NCBI GenBank assembly: GCA_963701295.1
Contig: OY969585.1
Coordinates: 3,168,001 to 3,232,000 of the forward strand
Source: Ignavibacteriota bacterium
GTDB taxonomy: Bacteria; Bacteroidota; Ignavibacteria; UBA10030
Direction: 5' to 3'
DNA: 64,000 nucleotides
The translations under genes and the position numbers were made by a program. Numbering within the stretch: position 1 is the first letter of the stretch; each line of letters opens with the position of its first letter. A model generated the notes under the pieces. The model made no database searches, was not told where the DNA came from, and was given only the letters and a program-made list of their open reading frames with translations. Shown piece after piece: positions 28,595 to 38,837 of the stretch.

Positions 28595-30184
28595 ATGAAA
28601 ACGATGACATTCTTTCTGGTTTTGGCAGTATGCGCCCTACCAGCATATTCGCAAAACATAACCAACACGCTTGGTACAGGTGGAGTATTTACTATCAAAG
28701 ATGCGTCAAATACTTACCTCACCTTAAGCCAGTCAAGCGGGCTTTTGACCTTGTACAAGAACCTCAACCTGGAGTATACAACAAGCTCGACAAGCGGGGT
28801 TATTACAAAAGGAGGGAATAGATTTATACATGATTATGCGCCTTCCGGAGTCGATGGTCAGAATACATTTGTTGGGATAAATTCAGGGAATTTCACAATG
28901 TTAGGTACTAGCATAATCTATTCAAGTCATAATAGCGGATTTGGTTATAATTCGCTTAAAAGCCTGACAACCGGCTATGATAACACAGCAGTGGGGTATT
29001 CATCTTTAACTTCCAACACGACTGGCAATTTAAATACAGCAGTGGGGGCTGGATCTTTATTACTAAACATGACGGGCAATTTTAACACAGCGGTGGGAGA
29101 TTATTCTTTATCTAGCAATTCGACCGGCAATGAGAACACAGCAATGGGACATTATTCTTTATCTTCCAATGTGACCGGCAACGATAACACAGCAGTGGGT
29201 TATCAATCTTTACCTTCCAACACGAACGGCTCTGATAACACAGCAGAGGGCTGTGAATCTTTATATTCCAACACGGCCGGTTCTTATAATACAGCAGATG
29301 GGTATGCATCTTTATATTCCAACACGACCGGCTCTAATAACACGGCAGTGGGGTATATATCTTTATATTACAGCACGACCGGTTATTCTAATACAGCAGT
29401 GGGGTATTCATCTTTATATAACAACACGACCGGCTATTCTAACACAGCAATAGGGGATTATTCTTTAACTACCAACACGGACGGCTATTATAATACAGCA
29501 GCAGGGGAAAATTCTTTACATTCCAACATGGACGGCTTTTCTAACACAGCAGTGGGGGAGAATTCTTTATATTCCACGACCGGCTCTGAGAACACAGCTT
29601 TGGGAAATGATGCAGGTAACAACGTAACCACAGGCACAAATAATACCTTAATTGGATATAATGCTCAGCCGATTGCGGGAGCCGTATCCAATACAATCAC
29701 GCTTGGCAATAGCTCTGTTACAGTTCTTCGATGCAATGCTCCAGCAATTTCTGCTTTATCGGATGCACGGGACAAGAGAAACATTCATGATCTAAGCTTA
29801 GGAATTGATTTTCTCATGAAATTAAAACCACGCTTGTTCAACTGGGATAAAAGAGAATGGTATAAGGATAATAAATCAGATGGAAGCAAGATGCAGAAAA
29901 CGCCGACTGCGGGATTCATTGCACAAGAGCTTGACGAAGTCCAGACAAAAGAGAATACCGAATGGCTCAATCTTGTCCTGAAAGATAATCCCGAGAAGCT
30001 TGAAGCAACACCCGGCAATCTCTTGCCTGTAGTAGTGAAAGCTATTCAGGATCTCAAATCGGAAAATGATGAGATCAAGGACAAAGTCGATAAGTTTGAA
30101 CGGATGCAAAATGTATTAGTAAGTGAGATTGAACAACTGAAATCGAAAGACGCAGAATTCAAACAGGTTCGGAATGGCAATTGA
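28595..30184 (+). CDS. Secreted repeat fibre protein with S74 chaperone domain, copy 2
   Basis: Paralogue of 26972-28576: same SQNITNTLGTGG mature N-terminus, same repeats, near-identical chaperone domain. Confidence 0.85.
   Translation: MKTMTFFLVLAVCALPAYSQNITNTLGTGGVFTIKDASNTYLTLSQSSGLLTLYKNLNLEYTTSSTSGVITKGGNRFIHDYAPSGVDGQNTFVGINSGNFTMLGTSIIYSSHNSGFGYNSLKSLTTGYDNTAVGYSSLTSNTTGNLNTAVGAGSLLLNMTGNFNTAVGDYSLSSNSTGNENTAMGHYSLSSNVTGNDNTAVGYQSLPSNTNGSDNTAEGCESLYSNTAGSYNTADGYASLYSNTTGSNNTAVGYISLYYSTTGYSNTAVGYSSLYNNTTGYSNTAIGDYSLTTNTDGYYNTAAGENSLHSNMDGFSNTAVGENSLYSTTGSENTALGNDAGNNVTTGTNNTLIGYNAQPIAGAVSNTITLGNSSVTVLRCNAPAISALSDARDKRNIHDLSLGIDFLMKLKPRLFNWDKREWYKDNKSDGSKMQKTPTAGFIAQELDEVQTKENTEWLNLVLKDNPEKLEATPGNLLPVVVKAIQDLKSENDEIKDKVDKFERMQNVLVSEIEQLKSKDAEFKQVRNGN
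28928..29660 (+). repeat. Degenerate 42-bp coding tandem repeats
   Basis: Same aacacagcagtggg-type core with a ~42-bp period; boundaries approximate. Confidence 0.85.
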
Positions 30185-30238
30185 ACATGCACGTGCCCGC
30201 ATTAAGCGGACAGCAAAAAAATATTTTAATAACAAATA

Positions 30239-30754
30239 ATGAGTACGAAAATGAAAACAACAATTATATCTTTAGCCATAGTATTTGCTTCTTCATTGGT
30301 CTACAGCCAGATAGTGCCTATCAGCAAGAGCACTATGACTTTTGATGCCGGAACTGATATAACAGTCCAGGCAGGAGCAGATATATGTGCTGATAATATA
30401 GTCATCAACGGCACGTGGTCTGGCAGTGGGACAAAATGCCAAGCACCGCTTTCCGTGGAAACGACCACGACCTTGCTCACCGCACCCAGAGTATTGTCAC
30501 TGGCGCAGAATTATCCCAACCCATTTAATCCGACGACAACGATTGAATTTACTGTGCCGAAAGATGGGCATGTGTCGTTGACGATCTACAACTCACTAGG
30601 CCAATTGGTGGCGACAGTGTTTGATGGAGAGGCAAGAGCTGGTTACATCCAGAGGGCAACATTTGACGCTTCGCAGTTAGCAAGCGGCGTGTACTTCTCC
30701 CGGCTGCAGTATAATGAAAAAACGCTTCTCAAAAAGTTGGTACTCATGAAGTGA
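30239..30754 (+). CDS. Small T9SS type A sorting-domain protein
   Basis: Signal peptide, ~50-aa domain with two Cys, then LAQNYPNPFNPTTTIEF...IYNSLGQLV...SGVYF...KKLVLMK. Confidence 0.88.
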   Translation: MSTKMKTTIISLAIVFASSLVYSQIVPISKSTMTFDAGTDITVQAGADICADNIVINGTWSGSGTKCQAPLSVETTTTLLTAPRVLSLAQNYPNPFNPTTTIEFTVPKDGHVSLTIYNSLGQLVATVFDGEARAGYIQRATFDASQLASGVYFSRLQYNEKTLLKKLVLMK

Positions 30755-30869
30755 TTCCACGTTTTTTGTGGAATCATCCCGACATCTTGTGTTGGGATCT
30801 GATCTCTATCTGAGGACATCTGATGCCTGGATTCCGTGTAAAAGCATCATGGAATGACAAAATATATAT

Positions 30870-30893
30870 GCGTCAGAAAGTAATTTCTGACGC
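30870..30893. terminator. Hairpin between convergent genes
   Basis: gcgtcagaaa-gtaa-tttctgacgc perfect 10-bp stem. Confidence 0.5.
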
Positions 30894-30922
30894 CACGGAA
30901 AATTCTTTTTTGCACAATAGAG

Positions 30923-32020
30923 TTATTTTGAGAACGCATCCAATTGATTTTGCGTTTTCGCATCAGGAATGGATTGCACTGTTTTGAACTTCTCCGTCAA
31001 GCCTGCCAATTGTTTATCGGCTTTGTCATAGTTGTTCTTCGCATTGTTCAACTGCATGCCAAGCGTCTCAAACACATCGCTGAATTTTCGCAGTTCTGTG
31101 CCGAGGAGCTCAAGATTCTGAAATATTTCTTTTGCACTACGTTCAATTTGCAGTCCTTTTAAGCCAAGCGCGATGACTCGCAAATGCGCATAAAAGCTGT
31201 TCGGCGAAACCGGAACCACCCTTCGCTTGGTTGCGTACGAATACAATCCATCCTCCTCGTCATAGGATTCATCTTTTATAATAGTTTCATAATAGATGTT
31301 TTCAGCGGGAATATACATCAACGCAAAGTCGAACGTCCCTTCATCCGGCAAAATATATTTTTCTGCGATTGCATCGATGTGTTTCTTCACATCCGACTTA
31401 AAAAGGCGTGCAGCGGTTTTCTTTTCCTGGTCCGATTTTGCATCGAGCATCTTGCGGAAATTTTCCAGCGGGAATTTAGAATCGACCGGCACTTTTCCGC
31501 CGGCTGTATTGATGATCGCATCGACTGTTTGGCCATTCCGAAATGTATATTGAATGTCATAGGCATTTGCCGGAAGAACTTGCTTGAGCAAATCTTCCAA
31601 CAACAATTCGCCAAGCCCGCCGCGAAGTTTGGGAGCTTTGAGCATTTCCTCCAATTTCGAGACGCTCTGACCAAGTTCCTTGATCTCTTGCGTCGCTTTC
31701 CCAAGCTCGCCGAGTTTATTCTGAACATCTTGAATCACCTTTGCCGCATTATCCAATCGCGACCCCATCTGACCAGTGTTATTTTGCAATTGTTGAGTAA
31801 TGCCGTTCAGTTGATTTGTTACTATCAAAATGAGATTATTGACCGTATCGGAATTATTCTTGAGATTTTGATTTACCTCGCCGCGCAGTGCATCGACTTG
31901 CTGCTGGAAGATCATTGCTGCTTGTGTTGAATCATTCCCTTTCCGCTGCAACGTCCGCTGAAGCACTATCAGCACAAGGACCACAACAACAATTAAAACT
32001 ATAAGCGATACAATTTCCAT
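30923..32020 (-). CDS. rmuC: DNA recombination protein RmuC
   Basis: N-terminal TM and coiled coil; RGGLGE, PVDSKFPL, DFALMYIPAENIY, VSPNS. Confidence 0.92.
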   Translation of the reverse strand: MEIVSLIVLIVVVVLVLIVLQRTLQRKGNDSTQAAMIFQQQVDALRGEVNQNLKNNSDTVNNLILIVTNQLNGITQQLQNNTGQMGSRLDNAAKVIQDVQNKLGELGKATQEIKELGQSVSKLEEMLKAPKLRGGLGELLLEDLLKQVLPANAYDIQYTFRNGQTVDAIINTAGGKVPVDSKFPLENFRKMLDAKSDQEKKTAARLFKSDVKKHIDAIAEKYILPDEGTFDFALMYIPAENIYYETIIKDESYDEEDGLYSYATKRRVVPVSPNSFYAHLRVIALGLKGLQIERSAKEIFQNLELLGTELRKFSDVFETLGMQLNNAKNNYDKADKQLAGLTEKFKTVQSIPDAKTQNQLDAFSK

Positions 32021-32084
32021 TCTCTCTTTCCTTCTACAATCTTTTTATGTTTACTACATTCTACTTGTTTCATTCTTTTGAGAA

Positions 32085-33221
32085 TCATTTCATGAAATAC
32101 AATGCTGTAATCGTTCCAGCAAACATCCAGAAGAATACTCGCGCGAGCGGCAGATGATTTCGTTTGAGCCATCCCCACATTATCGCTGCACTAATCATTA
32201 CTATGATGAGAACAAATGTTCCTGTAACACATTCCCATATTCCGAAGGTCTGGTCATAATAAAACCATAAGCTATGTTCATTCCAAAATCGCCCGTAAAT
32301 GACAAGCAAATGGGCTGCATAGACCATCAACGACTCTCGGCTGACATCCAAGACAAACGACTTTTGAGTCTTGCGGTAATCCGCGTAGAACCAGCACACC
32401 GTAAGGAGGAACATCACAATACCCAGACGAAGGAAGAAAAAGAAAGGATTCGCACGAACATCATCCGATCCAATGTGAAGATGCACAGGCAATTCCCCTC
32501 CGATCAAGCATATCGTGAACAGAATCGCACCAATGAGTGCAAAACGTAAGATGAAATCTTTTTCTTTCTGCTGCTCACGCGCTTGAATGTATCCAGAAGC
32601 AAAGTAACCTCCGAAGAGCATAAAAGCCATCCAGGGAAAAAGCGGAAAAAGCGAGTAATGCTTACCGTTGAGATATGCAGCAAGAGGCGCAGGGATTAAA
32701 GCGTTGAAATCAATATCCCAAAAAAACATTGTCGCTAATACAACGAGTAATCCACCAGAAAATAGGAATGTCCGATACGTCCGATCGTTCCGTATAAGCA
32801 ACCTTGAGAAAAATAATATGAGCAAGCCAAATGCTATGCAATGCAGAACATCTGATTGATAGAAACTCAGCCACTGAGCTTCTGTTGCCTCTGTGATTGC
32901 TCGATGGAATGAAAAGAATGGAAGATGAAGGCTATATCCTACGACCCAGATCAATCCAATTCTTCCTAACTGTTTCCAAAATGCGAAGCCAAACGCTCGG
33001 AATGACTCTAATTTCTTTTGACTTGCAAGAAGGAAAACAAATCCGGAGATGAATATGAAACTTGGCGCCACAAGACCATTGATAAAGTTGAGCACATGGA
33101 ACCATGAAGTTGCTCTAAAATGCGGCAAGAGAAAGGCGTTAAAAACATGCACTTCGATCATCACTAACAGCGCCCATCCGCGAAGAAGATCAATAAAAGC
33201 GAGTCTTGAGTGCGATGCCAT
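32085..33221 (-). CDS. DUF1624/HGSNAT-like membrane acyltransferase
   Basis: RLAFIDLLRGWALLVMIEVH, APSFIFISG, DVLHCI, FPLFPW; multi-pass. Confidence 0.78.
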   Translation of the reverse strand: MASHSRLAFIDLLRGWALLVMIEVHVFNAFLLPHFRATSWFHVLNFINGLVAPSFIFISGFVFLLASQKKLESFRAFGFAFWKQLGRIGLIWVVGYSLHLPFFSFHRAITEATEAQWLSFYQSDVLHCIAFGLLILFFSRLLIRNDRTYRTFLFSGGLLVVLATMFFWDIDFNALIPAPLAAYLNGKHYSLFPLFPWMAFMLFGGYFASGYIQAREQQKEKDFILRFALIGAILFTICLIGGELPVHLHIGSDDVRANPFFFFLRLGIVMFLLTVCWFYADYRKTQKSFVLDVSRESLMVYAAHLLVIYGRFWNEHSLWFYYDQTFGIWECVTGTFVLIIVMISAAIMWGWLKRNHLPLARVFFWMFAGTITALYFMK

Positions 33222-33340
33222 AGGAAGTGCTAGTTTTTAATTCTTGGTTCTTAGTGCTTCGTGGTTTATAGTTAAATTGTGCTGTCCAATTATGAGGAGC
33301 GAGTTTCTCTATCTTCTACCTTCTCCTTATTTTACTATCT

Positions 33341-34555
33341 TCAAATCACTTTCATTTTCTTCCCAATTTTTTCAAATGCCTCTAATGCATGATCGATATC
33401 TTTTTTCTTTAACGATGCCGAGATTTGAACACGCAATCGTGCTTCTCCCTTCGGTACTACTGGATACCAAAGACCTTTTATATAAACTCCTGCCTTCAGT
33501 AAAGCATTGCTCATTTCCTGTGCGATGGACGCTTCACCTAGCATCACCGGCACTATGGGATGCGTACCTTCGATAATCTTTAAGCCCAAACTCTTGATTT
33601 CCTTCCGGAAGTATGCCGTATTTTCATGCAGTCGTTTAACGATAGATTTATCTTTCATCAATAAATCAAACGCTGCCAGTGAACCGCACACGACTGCAGG
33701 AGGAAGTGAGTTCGAAAAGATGTACGGCCGTCCTTTCTGACGCATATATTCAACGAAATTTTTCGAGCCGCTGATAAAACCTCCGGCGGCTCCGCCTATT
33801 GCTTTTCCAAGCGTACCGATAGTAAAATCAATTTTGCCAAGCAAACCGAACTGTTCTGCTGTGCCTTGTCCACTCTTTCCGCAAACACCAATTCCGTGCG
33901 CATCATCAACAAAAACCACTGCACCGTATTTCTTTGCCAGTTCAAGAATTCTTGGTATCGGTGCCAGGTCTCCTTCCATACTAAAGACACCGTCGGTAGC
34001 TATCATCCGAATACGATAATCTTTCTCCATGTCTTCTTCTAATTGTCGTTCGAGATCGGCAACATCACCATGTTGATAAATCTTACGGTCTGTTGTTTCT
34101 GCCCTGCATAACCGCTGACCATCAATAATGCTGGCGTGATTCAATCGATCGCTATAAATAACATCTTTGTAATTTTCAAAGCCAAGTTTTTCATTTGTGA
34201 ACGCTTGGAAAAATGCGATATTTGCCGCAAATGATGATGAGAAAAGAATAGTATCTTCCGATTTTAAAAACTTTGATATCTTCTTTTCCAATTCAAGATG
34301 AATCGTTTGAGTGCCGGTGAGAAAACGCACTGAAGCAAGCCCATATCCATATTTCTTCATTCCATTGATTGCGGCTTTCACAACAACCGGATGGTTCGAC
34401 ATGCCAAGATAATTGTTGGAAGCGAGCATAACCACTTCTTTACCACTTACCCTGACAATTCCACCTTGAGCACTTTGAAGAGCGGTTTCATATTTGAAAG
34501 TCTTTGTGTCTTCAAGATGTTTTAGCTCTGCTGCGAGAAGTTCATTGAGTTTCAT
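33341..34555 (-). CDS. kbl: Glycine C-acetyltransferase (2-amino-3-ketobutyrate CoA ligase)
   Basis: ASNNYLG, ASVRFLTGT, LNHASIIDG, TDGVFSMEG, DDAHG, GTLGKA, RPYIFSN. Confidence 0.9.
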   Translation of the reverse strand: MKLNELLAAELKHLEDTKTFKYETALQSAQGGIVRVSGKEVVMLASNNYLGMSNHPVVVKAAINGMKKYGYGLASVRFLTGTQTIHLELEKKISKFLKSEDTILFSSSFAANIAFFQAFTNEKLGFENYKDVIYSDRLNHASIIDGQRLCRAETTDRKIYQHGDVADLERQLEEDMEKDYRIRMIATDGVFSMEGDLAPIPRILELAKKYGAVVFVDDAHGIGVCGKSGQGTAEQFGLLGKIDFTIGTLGKAIGGAAGGFISGSKNFVEYMRQKGRPYIFSNSLPPAVVCGSLAAFDLLMKDKSIVKRLHENTAYFRKEIKSLGLKIIEGTHPIVPVMLGEASIAQEMSNALLKAGVYIKGLWYPVVPKGEARLRVQISASLKKKDIDHALEAFEKIGKKMKVI

Positions 34556-34619
34556 AGAGAATAGCCCTTAACAATCAAGGTTCATCATTAGATTTCTTAT
34601 ACTTTAATTAGTGAGGATT

Positions 34620-35996
34620 TTATTTTTTCTTCATTCGGACTGAGAACGATCCGTCCATCCCATGCTTATGCTGGAATGTTTCCACTTGCCCTTGACTTCC
34701 CATGAAATTCTGATGAACAAACGTATTCGCCGGTTCAATGGAAAACTCAAGATGTCGAACAAGGAATTCTTTGATAAGATCGAAATTTTCTTCCGGTTCG
34801 ATTGTGCACGTACTATAAACGAGCACTCCGCCTGGTTTCACAAGTTTCGCGGCATTTTCGAGAAGCGAACTCTGCAGATGCACGAGTTTTTGAATATCAT
34901 CAACATCCCGCTTCCATTTGGCATCTGGTTTCTTCGAGAGAACGCCAAGTCCGGAACATGGTGCATCCACCAACACTTTGTCTGCAGGAGGTATCTCAAG
35001 AATCGCACCATCTTCAGCAACTAGATGAACGTTCGTTATGCCTAATCGCTGACATGCGTTCTTCACGAGATTGAGACGAGTCTCATAACGATCAACAGCG
35101 ATAATTTCACCGAAGTTTTTCATCAGTTCTCCGATAAATGTTGTCTTTCCTCCTGGAGCTGAACAGAGATCAATAACGCGTTCTCCTGGTTTTGGATCGA
35201 GTAAGAGGACCGGAATACCGGCACTCTCATCCTGAACGGAAAAATATCCCTGCGTAAAGAGTTCTGATTTTCCAATGCCGGCCATATGTTGAACGCGAAC
35301 AAAGAAATCGAGATACTGAGAACGCGTATATTGAATTTGATGTTTGTCTAATAACGAGAGAAAATAATTCAAATCCACTTTCAAGCGATTAATCCGTAAC
35401 GCTAAATCAGGAATGGAATTGTTTGCTTCCATCATCAATTTCGCTTCATTATATCCGTAGCGTTCCACCCATCGTTTCGTCATCCATACCGGATGAGATT
35501 CGATCACAGCAAGGTGCCGAATTTTATCTTCTTCCTGATCAGGATAGCGAATGTTTTCTATATTTCGGAGGATATTGCGCAGGACGGCATTGACGAGATC
35601 ACCTACTTTCTGTCCGCGCAGCCGTTTGATGAACTCAACTGCTTCATTAACGGCGGCTGAATGCGGGACCCGGTCGAGAAATTGAATTTGATACAATGCC
35701 ACACGAAGTGCGTTCTTGACATTCGTTTCCGCTTTTGTGAAGTTGCCATGGAAAAATCCAGTGAGAACCCAGTCGAGTTTCATTTTCCAACGAATCACAC
35801 CAGTGACGATCTCGTTCATGAGACTTTTATCTAATTCATTCATAGCGTCCGAACTTAGTTCCGCATCAAGCAGCTTATCAAGATAAGCATCTGAACGCTC
35901 AACTCGGTTAAGTATCTTTACTGCTGTGCCGCGCGGACCGGCATATATACTATCTGGTTGTTGCGGATATTCTTGTGAAGTAGTGTCTTCTTGCAT
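34620..35996 (-). CDS. rsmB: 16S rRNA m5C967 methyltransferase (NusB + RsmB domains)
   Basis: AVNEAVE, VQDE, DLCSAPGGKT, VDAPCSGLG, YSTCT. Confidence 0.93.
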   Translation of the reverse strand: MQEDTTSQEYPQQPDSIYAGPRGTAVKILNRVERSDAYLDKLLDAELSSDAMNELDKSLMNEIVTGVIRWKMKLDWVLTGFFHGNFTKAETNVKNALRVALYQIQFLDRVPHSAAVNEAVEFIKRLRGQKVGDLVNAVLRNILRNIENIRYPDQEEDKIRHLAVIESHPVWMTKRWVERYGYNEAKLMMEANNSIPDLALRINRLKVDLNYFLSLLDKHQIQYTRSQYLDFFVRVQHMAGIGKSELFTQGYFSVQDESAGIPVLLLDPKPGERVIDLCSAPGGKTTFIGELMKNFGEIIAVDRYETRLNLVKNACQRLGITNVHLVAEDGAILEIPPADKVLVDAPCSGLGVLSKKPDAKWKRDVDDIQKLVHLQSSLLENAAKLVKPGGVLVYSTCTIEPEENFDLIKEFLVRHLEFSIEPANTFVHQNFMGSQGQVETFQHKHGMDGSFSVRMKKK

Positions 35997-36187
35997 TCAA
36001 TTATCTTTCATCGAGAATGTCCTGCACTGTAAATCATAGAAACAGGCCGGAACTGAGCAAACGGCAAGAAGTGCGGGAATTGATTATCTTTGAAGGTGTA
36101 GAGTTGTGCTGCCATCGGTCAGATCAATTTTATGAACAGTTGGATACACGGAGGTTCGATATTTCAAACCTTCGCAATACCGACAAC

Positions 36188-36222
36188 AAAAAAGCGGAAT
36201 GCATTCTGAAAACACATTCCGC
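36188..36222 (-). terminator. Intrinsic terminator after rpmE
   Basis: gcggaatg/cattccgc stem followed by T6 on the minus strand. Confidence 0.7.
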
Positions 36223-36243
36223 CTTTGGAATAGCAACGTCGTT

Positions 36244-36477
36244 CTATGCCCCAGCTACAGCTGCTTTTGGTTCCTCTGGCTTTGCAGCGTACTTCCGTTT
36301 AAACTTCTCAATACGTCCGGCTGAATCGAGCAATTTTTGTTTACCGGTGAAAAACGGATGACAATTTGCGCAAATTTCTATGTGGAGGTTGCCCGTGGTA
36401 GAACGAGTCTCAAATACATTACCGCATACGCAGGTAACCACAGCTTTTTTATATGTTGGGTGAATTCCTTCTTTCAT
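36244..36477 (-). CDS. rpmE: 50S ribosomal protein L31 (zinc-binding type)
   Basis: [28 protein letters not shown]. Confidence 0.97.
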   Translation of the reverse strand: MKEGIHPTYKKAVVTCVCGNVFETRSTTGNLHIEICANCHPFFTGKQKLLDSAGRIEKFKRKYAAKPEEPKAAVAGA

Positions 36478-36606
36478 CTCAATCCTCTATTGCTTTCTAT
36501 GATTAGACTTTTATTAAAGTACGAAAAAACCGATTGATTTGCAAAAGAAATTTAATTTTTGCGCAATATCTGCACATTTGAAGAAGACATTTTCCCCCGT
36601 GTTTTC

Positions 36607-36661
36607 GTAGGGGTTTGATTCATCAAGCCCAAAATGAGGTTGTGATCAATCATGCCCCTAC
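36607..36661. repeat. REP-like inverted pair (GTAG family)
   Basis: gtaggggtttgattcatcaagccc ... gatcaatcatgcccctac. Confidence 0.6.
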
Positions 36662-36751
36662 TAAAGCTCCTTCATTTTTTCTTATCTCTGCAACCACTCG
36701 TAGTGCCCAACTCATAGTCGGATACATAGCGATTCTTTCTCTTTCCTTCTA

Positions 36752-36828
36752 AGTTGGGGAGGGAGTTCCACTCCCGACCCCTTCTATTTGGTTTACTTTT
36801 AGTTCAGGAGTGCAACTCCTTCACAACT
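36752..36828. repeat. Second REP-like inverted pair
   Basis: agttggggagggagttccactcccgacc, and its inverted counterpart gttcaggagtgcaactccttcacaact. Confidence 0.5.
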
Positions 36829-37105
36829 GATGGATCAAGAATTGATTTCCTTCAAGTCTTAGATCATCAATCAAACATCTCCACTCTTCGTCCTTGGATA
36901 AGAACCCGATTTTGTAAATGCAATCACACTTCGCAAGCTAAAACCATCGTTCAAGATCTCTTCCCTCGCGAATCAAATCTTCCAGAGTATATTTCACTGA
37001 ATCTGATAAGAGAGAAGTGCCAGAGTTACCAGTTATTTTCATATTCCAATTCATTTTAATTGTGTTGCTTGAATTTCATTCTCAATTTTGGTAGATTCAT
37101 ATTGA

Positions 37106-38041
37106 ATGAAACGAACACTTCTTTCTCTCATTGCCGCTGCCTGTGTTACGGCAACACTCTCTGCTCAACAAGAAACGTATGATTTTCTTCGAATCGACGT
37201 GAGTGCACGAGCCGCGGCCCTCAATGGCAGTTTCGTCTCGATGAAAGACGACCCGAATGTGCTGTTCTATAATCCAGCAGGCCTTGGAACTTTGAGCAGG
37301 CCTAGGATATCCGCCAGCTACTTAGATTATCTCATGGATGTCAATATGGGGTCGTTGAGCTACGCTCAATACGTTGAAGGAATCGGAAATATCGGCGGCG
37401 GCATCACCTATATCGATTACGGTTCATTTAATCGAACCGATGAGAATTTAAATGTTATCGGAACGTTCGGTGCAAAAGAACTGGCGTTTATTACAGGCAT
37501 CGCCGCACATTATGACGACGATATCCTTGTCGGCATTAATGTAAAATATATTTATTCCTCTATAGCAGAGTACAGCTCAAGTGCACTTGCAGTCGATTTT
37601 GGATTCCTCTATGATATTCCTTCGCAGAATCTTACAATCGGCGGCAGCATTTTGAATCTTGGTACCCAGTTAAAAACATATGCTGGCACAAATGAGTCAC
37701 TTCCCCTTGATGTCATATTCGGCATTACGAAGCGGCCTGAACATCTTCCAATGTTTCTGAACCTCGACTTCCATCGGCTCAACGAAAAAGGCAATACGTT
37801 TTGGGATCGCTTCAGTGTTTTTACAGTTGGTGCCGAGATATTGATGAGCGAATCATTCCGGTTGCGTGTTGGGTACAACAACCAGCAGCGGAAGGACTTC
37901 AAAATGGGAACAAGTGCTGGTCTTGCCGGTTTCTCTATGGGTGCCGGAATTATTGTGAAGGACTGCCAATTTGATTATGCGTACAACTCTTACGGCAAAA
38001 TCAACGGATTACACCGTATTTCTCTCGGTATGAGTCTGTAA
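37106..38041 (+). CDS. porQ: T9SS PorQ/PorV-family outer membrane protein
   Basis: YDFLRIDVSARAAALNG, FYNPAG, LRVGYN, C-terminal beta strand HRISLGMSL. Confidence 0.75.
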   Translation: MKRTLLSLIAAACVTATLSAQQETYDFLRIDVSARAAALNGSFVSMKDDPNVLFYNPAGLGTLSRPRISASYLDYLMDVNMGSLSYAQYVEGIGNIGGGITYIDYGSFNRTDENLNVIGTFGAKELAFITGIAAHYDDDILVGINVKYIYSSIAEYSSSALAVDFGFLYDIPSQNLTIGGSILNLGTQLKTYAGTNESLPLDVIFGITKRPEHLPMFLNLDFHRLNEKGNTFWDRFSVFTVGAEILMSESFRLRVGYNNQQRKDFKMGTSAGLAGFSMGAGIIVKDCQFDYAYNSYGKINGLHRISLGMSL

Positions 38042-38090
38042 CTCTCAGCAAATTTCAGATAATCAAAAAATAGTGACCATTTTTCCACAC

Positions 38091-38837
38091 CTATCGCAGT
38101 ATCGCATCTAGAAGTTTTTCACTCAGATAAAAAAGGATCATTCCTCCAAAGACCAGGAGTGGCGGTAAGCGGCTTTTTGTTTTGTTCACTTCAGGAATCA
38201 AGTCGCTTGCACCCACATACGTTACAGTACCAGCGGAAAATGCGAACGCAATACCGGCAAGCTGGGCATCAACATGCTCCAGCAAAAATACTGAACAAGC
38301 TCCAATAAAAGTTGCAAGTCCTATACCTATTGCCGAATACAGCACGACCCTGCGCGAGAATCCGGCACTCATCATGATCGAACCGATCGTGAGCCCTTCC
38401 GGAAATTTATGCAAGAGGATTGCCAGGAAAATGAGAAGTCCAAGATAGAAGTCATATTGAAAACCAACTGAGATGGATAACCCATCGAAAAAAGCGTGGA
38501 TGAATAATCCCGTGAACGCAGAATAGCCGGTAATTCTTGACATCATCACATCGTGATGAGTCTCCTCACCAAAATGGAAGTGTCCAACAACAGTATGTTC
38601 AAAGAAATGGATTGCTGCAAAACCGATAAGAATCCAAACAGCTGCAGACTCACCTACAAATCCAAAACTAATAGGCACCAGCTTGAGGAAAACGAGCGCA
38701 AGAATAAATCCCGCACTAAGTGCAAGAAGTACCTCTTGAACGCGTGTCGGCCAACTTTTCCGTGATGCGATCATGGTGCCGCCAAGAACAACGGCGATAG
38801 ACGCAATAAGGGCAAGTAAAAGAATTTGAGTTTTCAT
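38091..38837 (-). CDS. ZIP family metal transporter
   Basis: SAGFIL, HFHFGEETH, HAFFDG, HKFPEG, DLIPE; own ATG at 38837 overlaps the upstream TGA (TGATG). Confidence 0.9.
   Translation of the reverse strand: MKTQILLLALIASIAVVLGGTMIASRKSWPTRVQEVLLALSAGFILALVFLKLVPISFGFVGESAAVWILIGFAAIHFFEHTVVGHFHFGEETHHDVMMSRITGYSAFTGLFIHAFFDGLSISVGFQYDFYLGLLIFLAILLHKFPEGLTIGSIMMSAGFSRRVVLYSAIGIGLATFIGACSVFLLEHVDAQLAGIAFAFSAGTVTYVGASDLIPEVNKTKSRLPPLLVFGGMILFYLSEKLLDAILR

Noticed and set aside
26972-30184. Prophage tail genes, CRISPR array or DGR
   Set aside because: Both proteins have signal peptides, no phage genes or reverse transcriptase are nearby, and the repeats are in-frame coding units.
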